Positions 1-11,560 are shown, numbered from the stretch's first letter. The stretch: DNA of 64,000 nt from an uncultured Thermoplasmata archaeon (GCA_963735185.1 CAVTJV010000007.1:200566-264565), one strand, 5' to 3'. Notes: generated by a model not told the origin, from the sequence alone. Made by a program: numbers and translations.

Positions 1-346
1 CCTCTGGGGAAACGGTCGGGTCTACTCCCTCCCCACGACGAGCGCGGCCCAGCCGGTCCGCCGCCTGCTCCTCAACCGCTACTACTTCAAGGTCGCGTAC
101 GACTGGATCGGGACGAAGGGCGTCTACACCATCGCCCGGGCGGCCGACTTCTTCGACCGGTTCGTGATCGACGGGGCGGTCCATGGGTTCGAGCGGATGT
201 TCGCGCTCCTCAGCGACCGTCTCCGGCGCATCCAGACCGGGGTCGTGTCGGACTACGCGGCCTACGTGGTGGCCGGGCTCATCGCGCTGTTCGTGGTCCT
301 GCTGATCGTCGCGCCGTACGTGGTCTCCCGGCTCGGAGGTGGATAG
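1..346 (+). CDS. nuoL: NADH-quinone oxidoreductase-like subunit L, C-terminal part (5' truncated by window)
   Basis: C-terminal IDGAVHG...RRIQTGVVSDYA motif typical of NuoL; directly precedes nuoM and nuoN. Confidence 0.85.
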   Translation, partial: LWGNGRVYSLPTTSAAQPVRRLLLNRYYFKVAYDWIGTKGVYTIARAADFFDRFVIDGAVHGFERMFALLSDRLRRIQTGVVSDYAAYVVAGLIALFVVLLIVAPYVVSRLGGG

Positions 347-350
347 ACCG

Positions 351-1826
351 ATGGTCCCGCTGCTCTCGATCATCGTCGCGAGCCTCGCGGTCGGGACCGT
401 CCTCACGTTCCTCGCGGGCAGCCGCGCCCGGTGGGTCGCGCTCGCGACCACCGTGGTGTTCCTCGCGGAGGTTGCGGTCCTCTTCCTCGCGTACCCCGGC
501 TGGCCCGGCTACAATAGCGCCCTCGTCCCCGGCTTCGCGGACGGGGAGTCGTACAGCTGGATCTCCCTCGCCTGGATGCACATCAACTACACGGTCGGTG
601 TGGACGGGATCTCGCTCGTCCTGATCCTCCTGACCGCGATCCTCCAGCTCGCGACCGTGGTCTACTCCTGGGAGGAGCAGAAGCGCCCGGCGGCCTACTT
701 CGGCCTCGTCCTGCTCACCTGCCTCGGCTGCTTTGGGGTCTTCATCGCGCTGGACGTCCTCCTGTTCTTCCTCTTCTGGGAAGCCGTCCTCATCCCGATG
801 TTCTTCCTCATCGGGTACTGGGGAGGACCCCAACGTCGGTACGCCGCGCTGAAGTTCTTCGTCTACACGCACGTCGCGTCGGTCGTGATGCTGGTCGGCC
901 TGCTCGCGGTCGTCTTCTACTCGGGGGCCGCGTCGTTCGACTTCTCGGCCATGTATGCCTCCGCTCGCGGCCTCTCCACCGTTCTCCAGTCGTTCATGTT
1001 CCTCGCGCTCTTCTTCGGCTTCGGGGTCAAGTTCCCGATCGTCCCGTTCCACACGTGGCTCCCCGACGCCCACGTCGAGGCTCCGACCGGCGGCTCCGTG
1101 CTGCTCGCGGGGCTCCTCCTCAAGCTCGGGGCCTACGGGTTGATCCGGTGGGCCGTGGAGCTCCTCCCGAGCGGCCTCCACACCGTGCAGCCGATCCTCT
1201 ACGTCGTGGCCTTCGTATCGATCATCTGGGGGTCGGTCCTCTCGCTCTCGCAACGCGACCTGAAACGCATGGTTGCGTACTCCTCCATCAACCACATGGG
1301 GATCGTCCTGCTCGCGATCGCCCTCGACTCCTCGCTCGGGCTCCTCGCGGCGGTCCTCCTCATGTTCGCCCACGGCATCGTGAGCGCGCTCCTGTTCATG
1401 GCGTCCGGGAGCGTGCACCACACGTTCGGGACGCGCGACATCCCATCGGTCGGTGGGATCACGCCGACCACCCCGACCTTGTCGACCCTCATCATGGTCG
1501 GGTCGCTCGCGTCCCTCGGTCTGCCGGCGCTCATCAGCTTCCCGGCGGAGTTCACGGCGCTCCTCGCGACGTGGAACACGCTCGCCTACTGGGTCATCGT
1601 GCCGCTCCTCATCCTGGTCGTGACCGCGGGGTTCTACCTGTGGATGATGCAGCGGATGCTCTTCGGCCCGGCGCGAGGGATTCCGTCCACGGCGCACGAC
1701 GTCCCCTGGTACGAGGGCGCGGCGATGGCGATCCTGGTCGCCCTGACGATTCTCTTCGGGATCCTCCCCGGACTTCTCGTGAACGTGATCGTGAACTCGC
1801 CCGTTAAGGGGTTCCCGGGGACCTAG
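351..1826 (+). CDS. nuoM: NADH-quinone oxidoreductase subunit M
   Basis: Polytopic membrane protein with FFLFWE, PFHTWLPDAHVEAP and AYSSINHMG motifs; GGAGG upstream of ATG 351. Confidence 0.95.
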   Translation: MVPLLSIIVASLAVGTVLTFLAGSRARWVALATTVVFLAEVAVLFLAYPGWPGYNSALVPGFADGESYSWISLAWMHINYTVGVDGISLVLILLTAILQLATVVYSWEEQKRPAAYFGLVLLTCLGCFGVFIALDVLLFFLFWEAVLIPMFFLIGYWGGPQRRYAALKFFVYTHVASVVMLVGLLAVVFYSGAASFDFSAMYASARGLSTVLQSFMFLALFFGFGVKFPIVPFHTWLPDAHVEAPTGGSVLLAGLLLKLGAYGLIRWAVELLPSGLHTVQPILYVVAFVSIIWGSVLSLSQRDLKRMVAYSSINHMGIVLLAIALDSSLGLLAAVLLMFAHGIVSALLFMASGSVHHTFGTRDIPSVGGITPTTPTLSTLIMVGSLASLGLPALISFPAEFTALLATWNTLAYWVIVPLLILVVTAGFYLWMMQRMLFGPARGIPSTAHDVPWYEGAAMAILVALTILFGILPGLLVNVIVNSPVKGFPGT

Positions 1827-1830
1827 GACG

Positions 1831-3429
1831 ATGGACCTTTCCTCCTTCGCCGGACCGTTCCTCCCGGAGCTCCTGCTCCTGGCGGGGACGCTGCTCATCT
1901 TCCTCCTGGACGTCCTCGACGTCCGTCGCATCGAGGTCACCGGCGGGATCGCGGTCGGGGCGACGGCCCTCGCCCTCCTCTTCGTCGTCGCCGACCTCGG
2001 CTTCGCCCCCCTCGCCGGGCTCGCCACGGTCCCCTCCGGCCAGATCGACGCGGTCGTGGCCCCCGGCGGTACTCCGCTCTACGCGTTCACGACCCTCGGC
2101 TTCGTCTTCGAGGGGATCTTCCTGCTCGCGGCGTTCCTGGTCTCGCTCGCCTCGATCAGCCGGCCGTCGAAGGAGCGCGGCGCTCCGATCTTCTTCGGGC
2201 TGATCCTGCTCGCCACCCTCGGGATGCTCCTCGTCACGATCGCCTCCGACCTGATCTTCCTCCTCCTCTCGGTCGAGCTCGTCAGCATCTCAACGTACCT
2301 CCTCGTCGCCTACACCCGGAAGGACGAGCGCGCGCTCGAGGCCGCGATGAAGTTCTACATCATCGGGGCGCTCTCCACGACCCTCTCGTTCTTCGGCGCC
2401 TCGCTCCTCTACGGGGCGTACGGGACGACCAACCTCTACGCGATCCGGGCGGTCGCGGGCTCGGTCGGCTACCCGGTCCTCGTCCTGCTCGGCTACGGGT
2501 TCCTCCTCGCGGGGCTCGCGTTCAAGGCGACCCTGGTACCGTTCCACGCGTGGGCGGTGGACGTCTACGACGGGGCCCCGACCGACGTCACCGCCTTCCT
2601 CGCGGGCGGGTCGAAGAAGGTCGGCCTTTTCGCGATCTTCCTCGTGTTCCTCGGACCGGTGCTGTTCGTCGCGCCGGGCGCGGGCGGGAGCCCGTTCTCG
2701 GGCGGGCCGCTCGACCTCGGTCCGATCCTGCAGATCACGCTCGGGCTCCTCGCCGTCCTGACGATGACCGTGGGCAACGTGCTCGCGCTCCTCCAGAAGG
2801 AGATGAAGCGGATGCTCGCCTACTCGTCCATCAGCCAGGCGGGGTACATGCTCATCGGCATCGTGGTCGCCACGTCGCCGGCGATTGCGGGCGCGACCAT
2901 GCAGATGTTCGCGAACGTCTTCATGAAGACCGGGGTGTTCCTCGTCGTCGCGGGGGTCGCCGCCCTGGGGGTCGGTCCCCTCATCGACGACTGGAAAGGC
3001 CTGGGGGCCCGACGGCCGCTCCTCGGGGTCGCCTTCGGCCTGATGCTCCTCTCCCTCGCCGGCGTCCCGCTCACGGTCGGGTTCGTCTCCAAGTTCGTCC
3101 TGTTCAGCTCCGCGGTGCAAGCCCAGGGGTACTTTGTCTGGCTCGCGGTGGCGGGTCTTCTCAACAGCGCCCTTTCGGTCTTCTACTACGCCCGGGTCCT
3201 GAAGGTGATGTTCTTCGACCGGGCCGAGCCGGCCCCGAGCCCGCTACCGGCGGCCGAAGGGGCCGGGAGCTCGGGTCCACCGCGCCTCCCCGCCGGGGGC
3301 CTCGGGTACGCGCGGGCGACCGCGATCGCGCTCATCGCGGTGGCCATCGTCGCGATCGGTATCTACCCGCAGCCCGTGCTGGGCGCCATCTACAGCGCGG
3401 CGCAGCACTTCCTCCGCGTAGGGGCGTGA
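1831..3429 (+). CDS. nuoN: NADH-quinone oxidoreductase subunit N
   Basis: EAAMKFYIIG, PFHAWAVDVYDGAP, KRMLAYSSISQAGY motifs. Confidence 0.95.
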   Translation: MDLSSFAGPFLPELLLLAGTLLIFLLDVLDVRRIEVTGGIAVGATALALLFVVADLGFAPLAGLATVPSGQIDAVVAPGGTPLYAFTTLGFVFEGIFLLAAFLVSLASISRPSKERGAPIFFGLILLATLGMLLVTIASDLIFLLLSVELVSISTYLLVAYTRKDERALEAAMKFYIIGALSTTLSFFGASLLYGAYGTTNLYAIRAVAGSVGYPVLVLLGYGFLLAGLAFKATLVPFHAWAVDVYDGAPTDVTAFLAGGSKKVGLFAIFLVFLGPVLFVAPGAGGSPFSGGPLDLGPILQITLGLLAVLTMTVGNVLALLQKEMKRMLAYSSISQAGYMLIGIVVATSPAIAGATMQMFANVFMKTGVFLVVAGVAALGVGPLIDDWKGLGARRPLLGVAFGLMLLSLAGVPLTVGFVSKFVLFSSAVQAQGYFVWLAVAGLLNSALSVFYYARVLKVMFFDRAEPAPSPLPAAEGAGSSGPPRLPAGGLGYARATAIALIAVAIVAIGIYPQPVLGAIYSAAQHFLRVGA

Positions 3430-3436
3430 GGGGGTA

Positions 3437-4537
3437 GTGGACCGCTACGACGTCGTCGTGGTCGGGGCGGGCCCCGCGGGGTCGCTCGCCGCCCAAGCGG
3501 CCGCCGAGGGAGGCGCGACGACCCTCCTCATCGACCACCGTGACGAGCTCGGGCATCCGGTCCAGTGTGGGGAGTTCGTGCCGGCCGCGCACGAGCTCGC
3601 CGACCTCTTCGGCTGCCGCGAGCTGATCGCGCAGGCGTACGACATCCCCTCGACGACCGTCCTTCGAGAGACCCGCACGATGGCGTGCATCTCCCCGTTC
3701 GGACACGTCTTCCGTTTTCCGCTCGCGGGCGCCACCGTCTCGCGGCGCGCGTTCGACAAGGCCCTCGCGTTCCGGGCCGAGGGCGCCGGCGCGGAACTGA
3801 GGTTCCCCCTCGGGGTGACCGGGGTCCACGACGACGTCGTGGAGACCGCGGGCGAGGGACGGGTCCGCGCGAAGGTCGTGGTAGGGGCGGACGGGCCGAT
3901 CTCCACCGTGGGGCGGTCGGTGGGCTTCGCCCCCCCTCGGGAGCTGTTCCGGATGATCACCGCGACGGTGGACGGGCCTCTCGACGACCAGATCGACGTC
4001 TTCTTCGGTCACGTCGCCCCCGGAGGTTATGCGTGGCGGTTCCCGAGGGCGTACGACGCGAACGTCGGCCTCGGGGTCGCCCAGCTCCCGAGGGGGGCCA
4101 CGCTCGGCGGTCTGCTCGAGCGGTTCCTGGCGGCCGAAGGCCTTGGTCCCGGCCGCGCGAAGACCGCCTGGTGGGTCCCGCTCGGCCCGCCTCCCGCGAG
4201 CCTGGTCCGGGGACGCGCCCTCTTCGCGGGGGACGCGGCGAACCTCGTGATGGCGACGAACGGAGGCGGGATCCCGACCGCGATGCTCAGCGGCTGGCTC
4301 GCCGGCGCGGCGGCGGCCCGCCACGTGCGGTTCGGAGCACCCCTCGGCGAGTATGACGCGGCCTGGAGGGAAGCGCTATATGTCCCGCTCGAACGGGCGG
4401 CACGGATCCAGCGCGTGACCGAACGGTTCGCCCGACCGGACTTCCTCCTAGCCCTAGGCATGCGATATATCGGGGTGTCGGGTCTAGATTCCATGATGCG
4501 GCTGCGCTGGCCCCCGCGCCTCGGGAGGAGCTCCTGA
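3437..4537 (+). CDS. Geranylgeranyl reductase family FAD-dependent oxidoreductase
   Basis: GAGPAG FAD motif, PVQCGE, GGYAWRFP, GDAA...GGGIPTA motifs. Confidence 0.88.
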   Translation: MDRYDVVVVGAGPAGSLAAQAAAEGGATTLLIDHRDELGHPVQCGEFVPAAHELADLFGCRELIAQAYDIPSTTVLRETRTMACISPFGHVFRFPLAGATVSRRAFDKALAFRAEGAGAELRFPLGVTGVHDDVVETAGEGRVRAKVVVGADGPISTVGRSVGFAPPRELFRMITATVDGPLDDQIDVFFGHVAPGGYAWRFPRAYDANVGLGVAQLPRGATLGGLLERFLAAEGLGPGRAKTAWWVPLGPPPASLVRGRALFAGDAANLVMATNGGGIPTAMLSGWLAGAAAARHVRFGAPLGEYDAAWREALYVPLERAARIQRVTERFARPDFLLALGMRYIGVSGLDSMMRLRWPPRLGRSS

Positions 4538-4560
4538 CGACCGCCGGGGCCGACGACCCG

Positions 4561-5589
4561 ATGGAGCCCTCCCTCGAGGCGCTCGTCACGCAGACCCTCG
4601 GCACGGAGACCGCGCTCGAGCTCTCCCCGCTCCTCCCCGTCCTGGTCCGAGACCTCTCGGACATCGACTGGCGGCTGAACCAGGTCCTCGCTTCGACCTT
4701 CGCGCAGCTCACCGAGGCCGCTCGGTACGCCGTGTCGATGGGAGGAAAGCGGGTCCGGCCGCTCCTCATGGCCGCGGTCTTCCGCTCCCTCGGAGCGAGT
4801 TCGACCCGACCGATCCACTCCCTCGCCGCCGCGTTCCAGCTGATCCACACCGCTACGCTCGTCCACGACGACGTCATCGACCACGCCGAGACCCGGCGGG
4901 GACGGCCCTCGATGCCGCGCGCCTTCGGCGTGCCGCTCGCGATCGTCGGAGGGGACTACCTCTTCGTCCGGGCGTTCGAGCTCGCCGCCGAGTACCCGAA
5001 ATCGATCATCCTGCGCTGCGGCGAGGCGTGCGCGGACCTTGTCGAGGGCGAGGTGCTGCAGGACGCGAGCCGATACGACCTCTCGTCCGGCCGGGAGCAC
5101 TACTTCCGGGTGGTGGAGCGCAAGACCGCGGCGATCATCGGCGCCGCGCTCGCCTCCGTGGCCGAGATCGCAGAGGTGCCCCCCGCCACCGTCGATGCCC
5201 TCCAGACGTACGGGAAGGCGGTCGGGATCGCCTTCCAGATCCGGGACGACCTCCTGGACGTCTACGGCGACCCGGACCTCCTCGGAAAGCCGCTCTACAC
5301 CGACCTGCGCGAAGGGAACCCGACCCTCGTCTCGCTCGAGACGTACGCGCGGCTCGACCCGCGGCGGCAGGCCGAGTTCGAGGAGCTGTTCCAGCACCGC
5401 CGCAAGCGGACGAAGCACCTCCTGCGTCTGCGCGAGCTCACCGACCTCGCGGGAACCGATTCCGTGGTCGCCCGGGAGTCGAGGGAGTGGGCCGACCGGG
5501 CAATCCGGGCCTTGGAGCCCGTGCCGAACGGGCCGTACCGCCTGCTCCTGGAACGTCTCGCCCATGGCGCCGTCGAGCGACGGTTCTAG
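4561..5589 (+). CDS. Polyprenyl/geranylgeranyl diphosphate synthase
   Basis: GGKRVRP, LVHDDVID..RRG (FARM) and FQIRDDLLD (SARM) motifs. Confidence 0.92.
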   Translation: MEPSLEALVTQTLGTETALELSPLLPVLVRDLSDIDWRLNQVLASTFAQLTEAARYAVSMGGKRVRPLLMAAVFRSLGASSTRPIHSLAAAFQLIHTATLVHDDVIDHAETRRGRPSMPRAFGVPLAIVGGDYLFVRAFELAAEYPKSIILRCGEACADLVEGEVLQDASRYDLSSGREHYFRVVERKTAAIIGAALASVAEIAEVPPATVDALQTYGKAVGIAFQIRDDLLDVYGDPDLLGKPLYTDLREGNPTLVSLETYARLDPRRQAEFEELFQHRRKRTKHLLRLRELTDLAGTDSVVARESREWADRAIRALEPVPNGPYRLLLERLAHGAVERRF

Positions 5590-5659
5590 CGCCGCGTTTC
5601 GAGCGAAAGGTACATCTTCCCCGCCGGAGCTCGACCGCTCCGAAAGGGGTCCGAGATAG

Positions 5660-6127
5660 ATGGGCAGTTCTTCGACGGTCTCCGCCGGCGCGTCCGCTTC
5701 CGCGGGCGACTCCGGCACGGAGTATGGCCATCTCCCTCCCGCCTGGGAGCCGACCCCGGTGCGGCCGCGCCTGCCGATCGGCGTCGGTCTCGTTTCGGTG
5801 CTCCTCGCCATTTTCGGCGTGGTGATGCTCCTCGCGGGTCTCCTCTTCCTCCTCGCGACCGTGGCCGGTGATGTCGTACCCGCGTCGCTCGAGATCTTCC
5901 AGTCGATCGACCTCTACGGCGCGGCGATCCTCGCCATCCTCGGGGCGGCCCTGATCGGGATCGCCACCTCGCTCTGGCGACAGGAGACCTGGGCGCTCTG
6001 GACGACGCTCGTGCTCGTGTTCGCCACCGCAGCGTACCTGTTCTTCACCGGGTCGATCACCGTCCTCTTCCTCGTCTTCGTGGTCCTGTTCCTGTACCTG
6101 ATTTCCGTGCGTCGCTACTTCTACTGA
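5660..6127 (+). CDS. Hypothetical membrane protein (about 4 TM segments)
   Basis: Hydrophobic helices, host-like codon usage, stop overlaps the next start (TGATG). Confidence 0.7.
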   Translation: MGSSSTVSAGASASAGDSGTEYGHLPPAWEPTPVRPRLPIGVGLVSVLLAIFGVVMLLAGLLFLLATVAGDVVPASLEIFQSIDLYGAAILAILGAALIGIATSLWRQETWALWTTLVLVFATAAYLFFTGSITVLFLVFVVLFLYLISVRRYFY

Positions 6128-6983
6128 TGCGGATCCTGCTCGCCCAGCTCGCCCCGGTGCCGGGCGACCTCGGCCGCAACACCGAACGGCTCGCCGCCGC
6201 GGTCCGCGCAGCCCCATGCGACCTCGCGGTGTTCCCGGAGCTCTACCTCTCGGGGTACCGCATCGGGGACGAGTTCCACCGGATCGCGCTCAGGGAGGGC
6301 GACCGTTCGCTGTCGGCGCTCCGCACCGTCGCTCACGACACGGGGGCGACCATCATCCTGGGAGCCCCATTCGCTTCCCGGGAGCGCTCGGGCGAGGTCC
6401 ACAACGCCGCGCTGGCGGTGGCTCCGAGCGGAGAGCTCCATGTCCAGGTGAAACGATACCTTCCGACGTTCGGGCCGTTCGAGGAGGGGGTCCAGTTCAC
6501 CCCGACGGAGCATAGCGTCCCCGTTCCCCTCGCCGGCGCGTCGGTAGGGCTCGAGGTCTGCTACGACACCTTCTTCCCCGAGGTCTCGCGCCAGCTGGCC
6601 CTGGGCGGAGCCGAGCTCCTCGTCGTTATCTCCGCCTCCCCCGTCACCAGCGTTCGGCTCTTCGAGCGACTGCTCCCGGCCCGCGCGATCGAGAACGCCA
6701 TGCCCGTCGTCTACGTGAACCGGGTCGGGGTGGAGGACGGCATCGTCTTCGGTGGGGGCTCCGCGGGCTGGGACCCCCGGGGGAAAAGGTCGCGACCACC
6801 CCGGTAGCGTTCGCCCCCGCCGCCCCCGAGGAGTCGCTCGCGCTCCTCGAAGTCGACCTGGCCGAGGCGGCCCACTGGAGACCGTTCCGGCCCGTGCTCC
6901 GTGACCTGGCGGGGCGGCCCGGTTCGACCGAGCCTGGCCCACCACCTTCCAGGACGGATTCGATTCCAACGCGGCCCTTATAG
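6127..6983 (+). CDS. Carbon-nitrogen hydrolase (nitrilase family); apparent frameshift near 6781
   Basis: FPEL, KRYLP, VCYD catalytic motifs; adding one G in the G-run near 6781 restores a typical C-terminus (...[22 protein letters not shown]). Confidence 0.8.
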
Positions 6984-7008
6984 GGAAGCCGAACCCCCGG
7001 GGAGGGCG

Positions 7009-9033
7009 GTGTCGCCGCCTCCGACGATCGCCCAGCAGCTCGCGGCCAAACAACGCGAGATCTCGGTCGCCGAGTTCTTCGAACGGAACCGCCAGATCCT
7101 GGGGTTCGACAACCCCCAGCGCGCCCTCCTCACCACGGTGAAAGAAGGCGTCGATAACGGTTTGGACGCTTGTGATGAGGCACGAATCCTACCCGACATT
7201 CTCGTGGAGATCTCTAAAGAGGCGGAAGACCGACTCCGGGTCGCGGTGACTGACACCGGGCCCGGGATCCTCCGACGCGAGATCCCGAACGTGTTCGCCC
7301 GGCTCCTGTACGGCTCTCGCTTCCACTCGAACCGGCAGGCCCGCGGTCAGCAGGGGATCGGGATCTCCGCGGCCGTGCTCTACGCCAACCTCACGACCGC
7401 CCGCCCGGCGCGGGTCACCTCGAAGGTCGAGGAGGAAGAGGCCGCGCACGTCCTCGAGCTCGTCATCGACACTCAGAAGAACCAGCCCCGGGTCGTCTCC
7501 GAGGACGTCACGCTCTGGGACTCCCCCCATGGGACCCGGGTCGAGCTCGTCCTGAAGGCGCGCTACGTCCGCGGCCGCCAGTCGCCGTACGAGTACCTCC
7601 GGGGGACTGCGATCGTCAACCCGCACGCGCGGATCGTCCTGGTCGAGCCCGACGGCACGCGGGTGACGTTCGAGCGGGCCAGCACGGACCTCCCACCCGT
7701 CGCGAAGGAGACCCTTCCGCACCCGTACGGCCTCGAGCTCGGCGAGCTCGGCTACCTTCTCAAGGCCTCGAAACGCAGCGGCCTCGCCGAGTTCCTCACG
7801 AAGGACCTCCAAGGGGTAAGCGCCCGGGCCGCGAGGGAGCTGCTTTCGACCGCGGGGCTGACGTCCAGCGCGGCCCCTGCGTCGGTTTCGGGGGACGACC
7901 AGGACCGACTCCTCCGGGCCCTTCACGATACGCCCCTCATCGCGCCCTCGCCCGAGGGGCTCTCGCCGATCGGTTCGGTCCTCATCAAGCGAGGACTCCG
8001 GAACGTCCTCGGGGAGCTGCGCCCGGAGTTCTACTGTCCCCCCGTGAGCCGTCCCCCGAAGGTCCACGCCGGGTTCCCGTTCATGGTCGAGGTCGGCCTC
8101 GTCTACGGGGGCGGCCTCCCGGCTGACCAGCCTGTCCAGATCCTCCGCTTCGCGAACCGCGTTCCGCTCCTGTTCCAGCAGGGCGCCTGCGCGATCACGA
8201 ACGCGATCGCGAGCCTCGACTGGCGGCGCTACGGCCTCGACCAGAAAGGGGGCTCGGGGGTTCCGAGTGGCCCTGCCCTCATCCTCGTCCACGTCGCGTC
8301 GACGAAGGTGCCGTTCACCAACGAAGCGAAGGAGGCCGTCGCCGAGGACCCCGAGATCGACAAGGAGCTCACGCTCGCCCTTCAGGCGGCTGCCCGGCAT
8401 CTTCGCACGCATATCTCGCGCAAGAGCCGGCGCGACTTCGCGAGCGAGAAGTTCGCCATCATCCAGCGGATCCTGCCGAAGCTCGCCGAGAAGACGAGCC
8501 ATCTCGTCGGGAAGCCGGAACCGGACCTGACGCCCGTCATCACGCGCATCATGGACATCGTGAACGTCGAGGTCCCGTTCGAATCCGACAAGAGCGGGGT
8601 CCGGGCGAAGGTAGAGGTCACGAACTACACGCCTCGGGCCCGGGCGCTCGAGCTGTTCGTCGAGATCCCGCCCGATGTCTTCCCACTCGCCACCTTCGAC
8701 CCCGCCCCGGACGGGGCCGAGGCGTCGCTCGGTCGGGCGTGGTGGACGCTCCCCACGCTCGCGCCGAACGGTCGGACCGCGCTCACGTTCTCGTTCCCGC
8801 CCAAGACGGACGTCGAGGCGAACGACCTGGACTGGTACGTGGCGGGCATCGACGAGGCGCACATTCTGGGGGCCGAGCCGCTCCCCGGGGACTGGGATGT
8901 CCGGCTCCCCCGCACGATCGTCGAGGCGGCGGAAGCGGCGGCCGCGGACGCCGCGGCGAACGGAGCGACCGGGGAAGAGGAGGTGGATTACGATGCCGCC
9001 GAAGCGAGCGCGCACGCCAACGAAGAAGACTGA
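7009..9033 (+). CDS. top6B: DNA topoisomerase VI subunit B
   Basis: [36 protein letters not shown] motifs, RFANRVPLL. Confidence 0.97.
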   Translation: MSPPPTIAQQLAAKQREISVAEFFERNRQILGFDNPQRALLTTVKEGVDNGLDACDEARILPDILVEISKEAEDRLRVAVTDTGPGILRREIPNVFARLLYGSRFHSNRQARGQQGIGISAAVLYANLTTARPARVTSKVEEEEAAHVLELVIDTQKNQPRVVSEDVTLWDSPHGTRVELVLKARYVRGRQSPYEYLRGTAIVNPHARIVLVEPDGTRVTFERASTDLPPVAKETLPHPYGLELGELGYLLKASKRSGLAEFLTKDLQGVSARAARELLSTAGLTSSAAPASVSGDDQDRLLRALHDTPLIAPSPEGLSPIGSVLIKRGLRNVLGELRPEFYCPPVSRPPKVHAGFPFMVEVGLVYGGGLPADQPVQILRFANRVPLLFQQGACAITNAIASLDWRRYGLDQKGGSGVPSGPALILVHVASTKVPFTNEAKEAVAEDPEIDKELTLALQAAARHLRTHISRKSRRDFASEKFAIIQRILPKLAEKTSHLVGKPEPDLTPVITRIMDIVNVEVPFESDKSGVRAKVEVTNYTPRARALELFVEIPPDVFPLATFDPAPDGAEASLGRAWWTLPTLAPNGRTALTFSFPPKTDVEANDLDWYVAGIDEAHILGAEPLPGDWDVRLPRTIVEAAEAAAADAAANGATGEEEVDYDAAEASAHANEED

Positions 9034-10132
9034 CGACGAACCGGTGACGGTCCGCGCGGACGCTCTCGCACCCACGCTCGGGCTCGCCGAGCAGATCTAC
9101 GACCAGCTCGAGCGGGGCGAAATCCCCCGCATGCGCCTTCCGCTCCGGACGAAGCAGAACATCCTGTTCCAGCCGCGGGACGGGGTCTGGAAGCTCGGTC
9201 GCGCGATGGGCACGCGGAGTGCGCGCAAGCTCGACGGGGCGCTCATGCTCCTGCGGACGTTCTACCTGGTCGATTTCATCAACGAGATGGCCCGCGAGGG
9301 AAAGACCTCGACCTTGCGGGAGCTGTACTACATCAGCGAGGCGTGGGAGGACGCCAAGTTCCACGGGGAGGACGAGTCGAACCTCCTGATCGAGGACCTC
9401 GAGGTGATGTGCGAACGGCTGCGCGAGGACTTCCGCCTGCACCCCGAGGAGAACGGCGCGTCCGTCATCGGCGACCTCACGATCAAGGAGCGGAACCGAA
9501 AGGGCGTCGTGAAGAAGATCAACTGCCGCGACGATGTGGGCGATGGCGGGTACTCGCTGCCGTTCAACGTCGAGAAGGAGAAGATCGAGTTCGTCAGCAC
9601 GAGCGCGAAGTTCCTGATCGCGATCGAGTGCGGCGGCATGGTCGACCGGCTCGCGGAGAACGGGTTCGACGAGCAGCACGACGCGATCCTCCTCCATCTC
9701 AAGGGGCAGCCCGCCCGATCGACACGCCGGTTCCTTCGGCGCGCGTCCGATGAGCTGAAGCTCCCGGTGGTCGTCTTCACCGACGGCGACCCCTGGTCGT
9801 TCCGCATCTTCGCTTCCGTCGCCTACGGGGCGATCAAGACCGCCCACCTCTCGAGCTACCTCGCGACCCCTTCGGCGGAGTTCCTCGGCGTGACCGCCTC
9901 CGACATCGAGAACTACGACCTCCCCCACGACAAGCTCTCCGAGCAGGACATCCGGGCGCTGCAGGCCGAGCTCACCGACCCCCGGTTCGGGACAGCCGAG
10001 TGGCGGGCGGAGATCGAGCTGATGCTCAAGAACGGAAAGAAAGCGGAGCAGCAGTCGCTCGCGAAGTACGGCCTCAATTACGTCACGGAACACTACCTTC
10101 CGGAGAAGCTGACCGAGATGGGGGTCCTCTGA
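8993..10132 (+). CDS. top6A: DNA topoisomerase VI subunit A
   Basis: TLRELYY catalytic Tyr, FTDGDPW TOPRIM, KAEQQS; GGAGGTG before ATG 8993. Confidence 0.96.
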   Translation: MPPKRARTPTKKTDDEPVTVRADALAPTLGLAEQIYDQLERGEIPRMRLPLRTKQNILFQPRDGVWKLGRAMGTRSARKLDGALMLLRTFYLVDFINEMAREGKTSTLRELYYISEAWEDAKFHGEDESNLLIEDLEVMCERLREDFRLHPEENGASVIGDLTIKERNRKGVVKKINCRDDVGDGGYSLPFNVEKEKIEFVSTSAKFLIAIECGGMVDRLAENGFDEQHDAILLHLKGQPARSTRRFLRRASDELKLPVVVFTDGDPWSFRIFASVAYGAIKTAHLSSYLATPSAEFLGVTASDIENYDLPHDKLSEQDIRALQAELTDPRFGTAEWRAEIELMLKNGKKAEQQSLAKYGLNYVTEHYLPEKLTEMGVL

Positions 10133-10198
10133 GGCCCCGCCCGACCCCTCCACGGCTCCGCCGATAGGTTTTAGAGGGAAATCACCGGTCGGCGGCGC

Positions 10199-10933
10199 AT
10201 GGCTTGGAGTGCGGGCCAGAGGTACCTCGCGGAGTTCGTCGGAACGTTCGGACTGCTGCTCGCGGTCGGCGGCGCGGCGGTCTTCAGCTTGGGGGAGATC
10301 GACCTCACCCGGGTCCTCTTGGTGAGTCTCTCCGTCGGGTTCGGGCTGATCGGGCTGATCTACGCGTTCGGGGACATCTCGGGGGGCCACTTCAACCCGG
10401 CCGTCACGATCGCGGCCTGGGTCGCCGGCAAGTTCCCCGCTCGCGACGTGATCCCGTACATCCTGGCCCAACTGGCGGGGGCCGTGGTGGGCATGGGGGT
10501 CATCGCCGGGATCGCCTACGGCAACTCCTCGTTCTTCCCGACCGCGCAAGCCCACGCGCTCGGCTCGCAGTGCTACTCCGCGGGGTCGACGGCGTGCGGT
10601 GGGTTCAACATGAGCGCGGTGTTCCTCATCGAAGTCGCCTTCACCTTCTTCCTGGTGATGGTGATCCTGTTCTCGACCCGGGCCACGGGCTCGGCCAAGA
10701 ACCTCGCTCCCATCGGCATCGGTCTCACGCTGCTCATGGCGAACCTGGTCGCCATCCCGGTGGACGGTGCGTCGATCAACCCCGCCCGCAGCTTCGCCCC
10801 CGCCGTGCTCTCCTCGATGTGGTCGAGCGGGAACTGGGCCATCGGTCAGGACTGGATCTTCTGGGTGGCCCCGATCGTGGGCGGCCTCTTCGCGGCCGTG
10901 CTCGACCGGGCGCTCCGCGCCCGGGTCCCGTAG
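10199..10933 (+). CDS. Aquaporin (MIP family, AqpZ-like)
   Basis: SGGHFNPAVT and SINPARS NPA motifs. Confidence 0.95.
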   Translation: MAWSAGQRYLAEFVGTFGLLLAVGGAAVFSLGEIDLTRVLLVSLSVGFGLIGLIYAFGDISGGHFNPAVTIAAWVAGKFPARDVIPYILAQLAGAVVGMGVIAGIAYGNSSFFPTAQAHALGSQCYSAGSTACGGFNMSAVFLIEVAFTFFLVMVILFSTRATGSAKNLAPIGIGLTLLMANLVAIPVDGASINPARSFAPAVLSSMWSSGNWAIGQDWIFWVAPIVGGLFAAVLDRALRARVP

Positions 10934-10951
10934 GGTGACCTTCGGTCGCCG

Positions 10952-11368
10952 TTACGGCCCGGCGATACGGGCGAGCCCCTCCGACGAGAGCAGCCGGTCG
11001 GCCATTCCCGCAGGGGCGTAGACCAGGAGCCCGCCCGGTCCTTCGGCGCGGCGCCAGTCGATTCCCTGCTCTTTGAACTCGGTGCGGTCGGCTCGGACCT
11101 CGGTCACCGCTTCGGAGACCCGGGGCGGCAGGGTCGCCCCGTCCTGAGCCAGGAGGAGGACGTCGTTCGGCTCGTCGTAGACGACCCAAGCTCGGGGGAC
11201 GACCACGCGCAGGTGAACGAGGCGAGGCCGGAACTGGCTCTCGCTCTCCGTCTCGGTCCGCGCGAAGACCGCATGTTCGACGCCTCCGACGTCGACCATC
11301 CGCTCGTACTGGAACGAGCGCTGCCGGAACTCGAGGACGTTGATCTCGAGGTCGCTCAGGTCGAGCAT
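10952..11368 (-). CDS. Hypothetical protein
   Basis: ORF from MLDLSDLEINVLEF with host-like codon usage; no recognised motif. Confidence 0.6.
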   Translation of the reverse strand: MLDLSDLEINVLEFRQRSFQYERMVDVGGVEHAVFARTETESESQFRPRLVHLRVVVPRAWVVYDEPNDVLLLAQDGATLPPRVSEAVTEVRADRTEFKEQGIDWRRAEGPGGLLVYAPAGMADRLLSSEGLARIAGP

Positions 11369-11560
11369 GGAGGAGCGACGGAACACCGCCAGATAACGGT
11401 GGGCCGCGGCCGTTTTCGAGCTCGCCCACGGCCCCGGTTCGCCGAAACGACCCGGACCGAGGGGGTCCGGACCCCCCTTCGCCCGCCGGCGGGAGCGGCT
11501 CGGAGCGGGCAACCCTAATAAACGGTCGCCCGTACCGCCGCGCGGTCGGACTGAGAGGGA

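Noticed and set aside
6775-6790. Programmed frameshift at GGGGGAAAAG in the carbon-nitrogen hydrolase
   Set aside because: It resembles a slippery site, but a G-run deletion error is simpler given the other indels in this window; cannot be settled without reads
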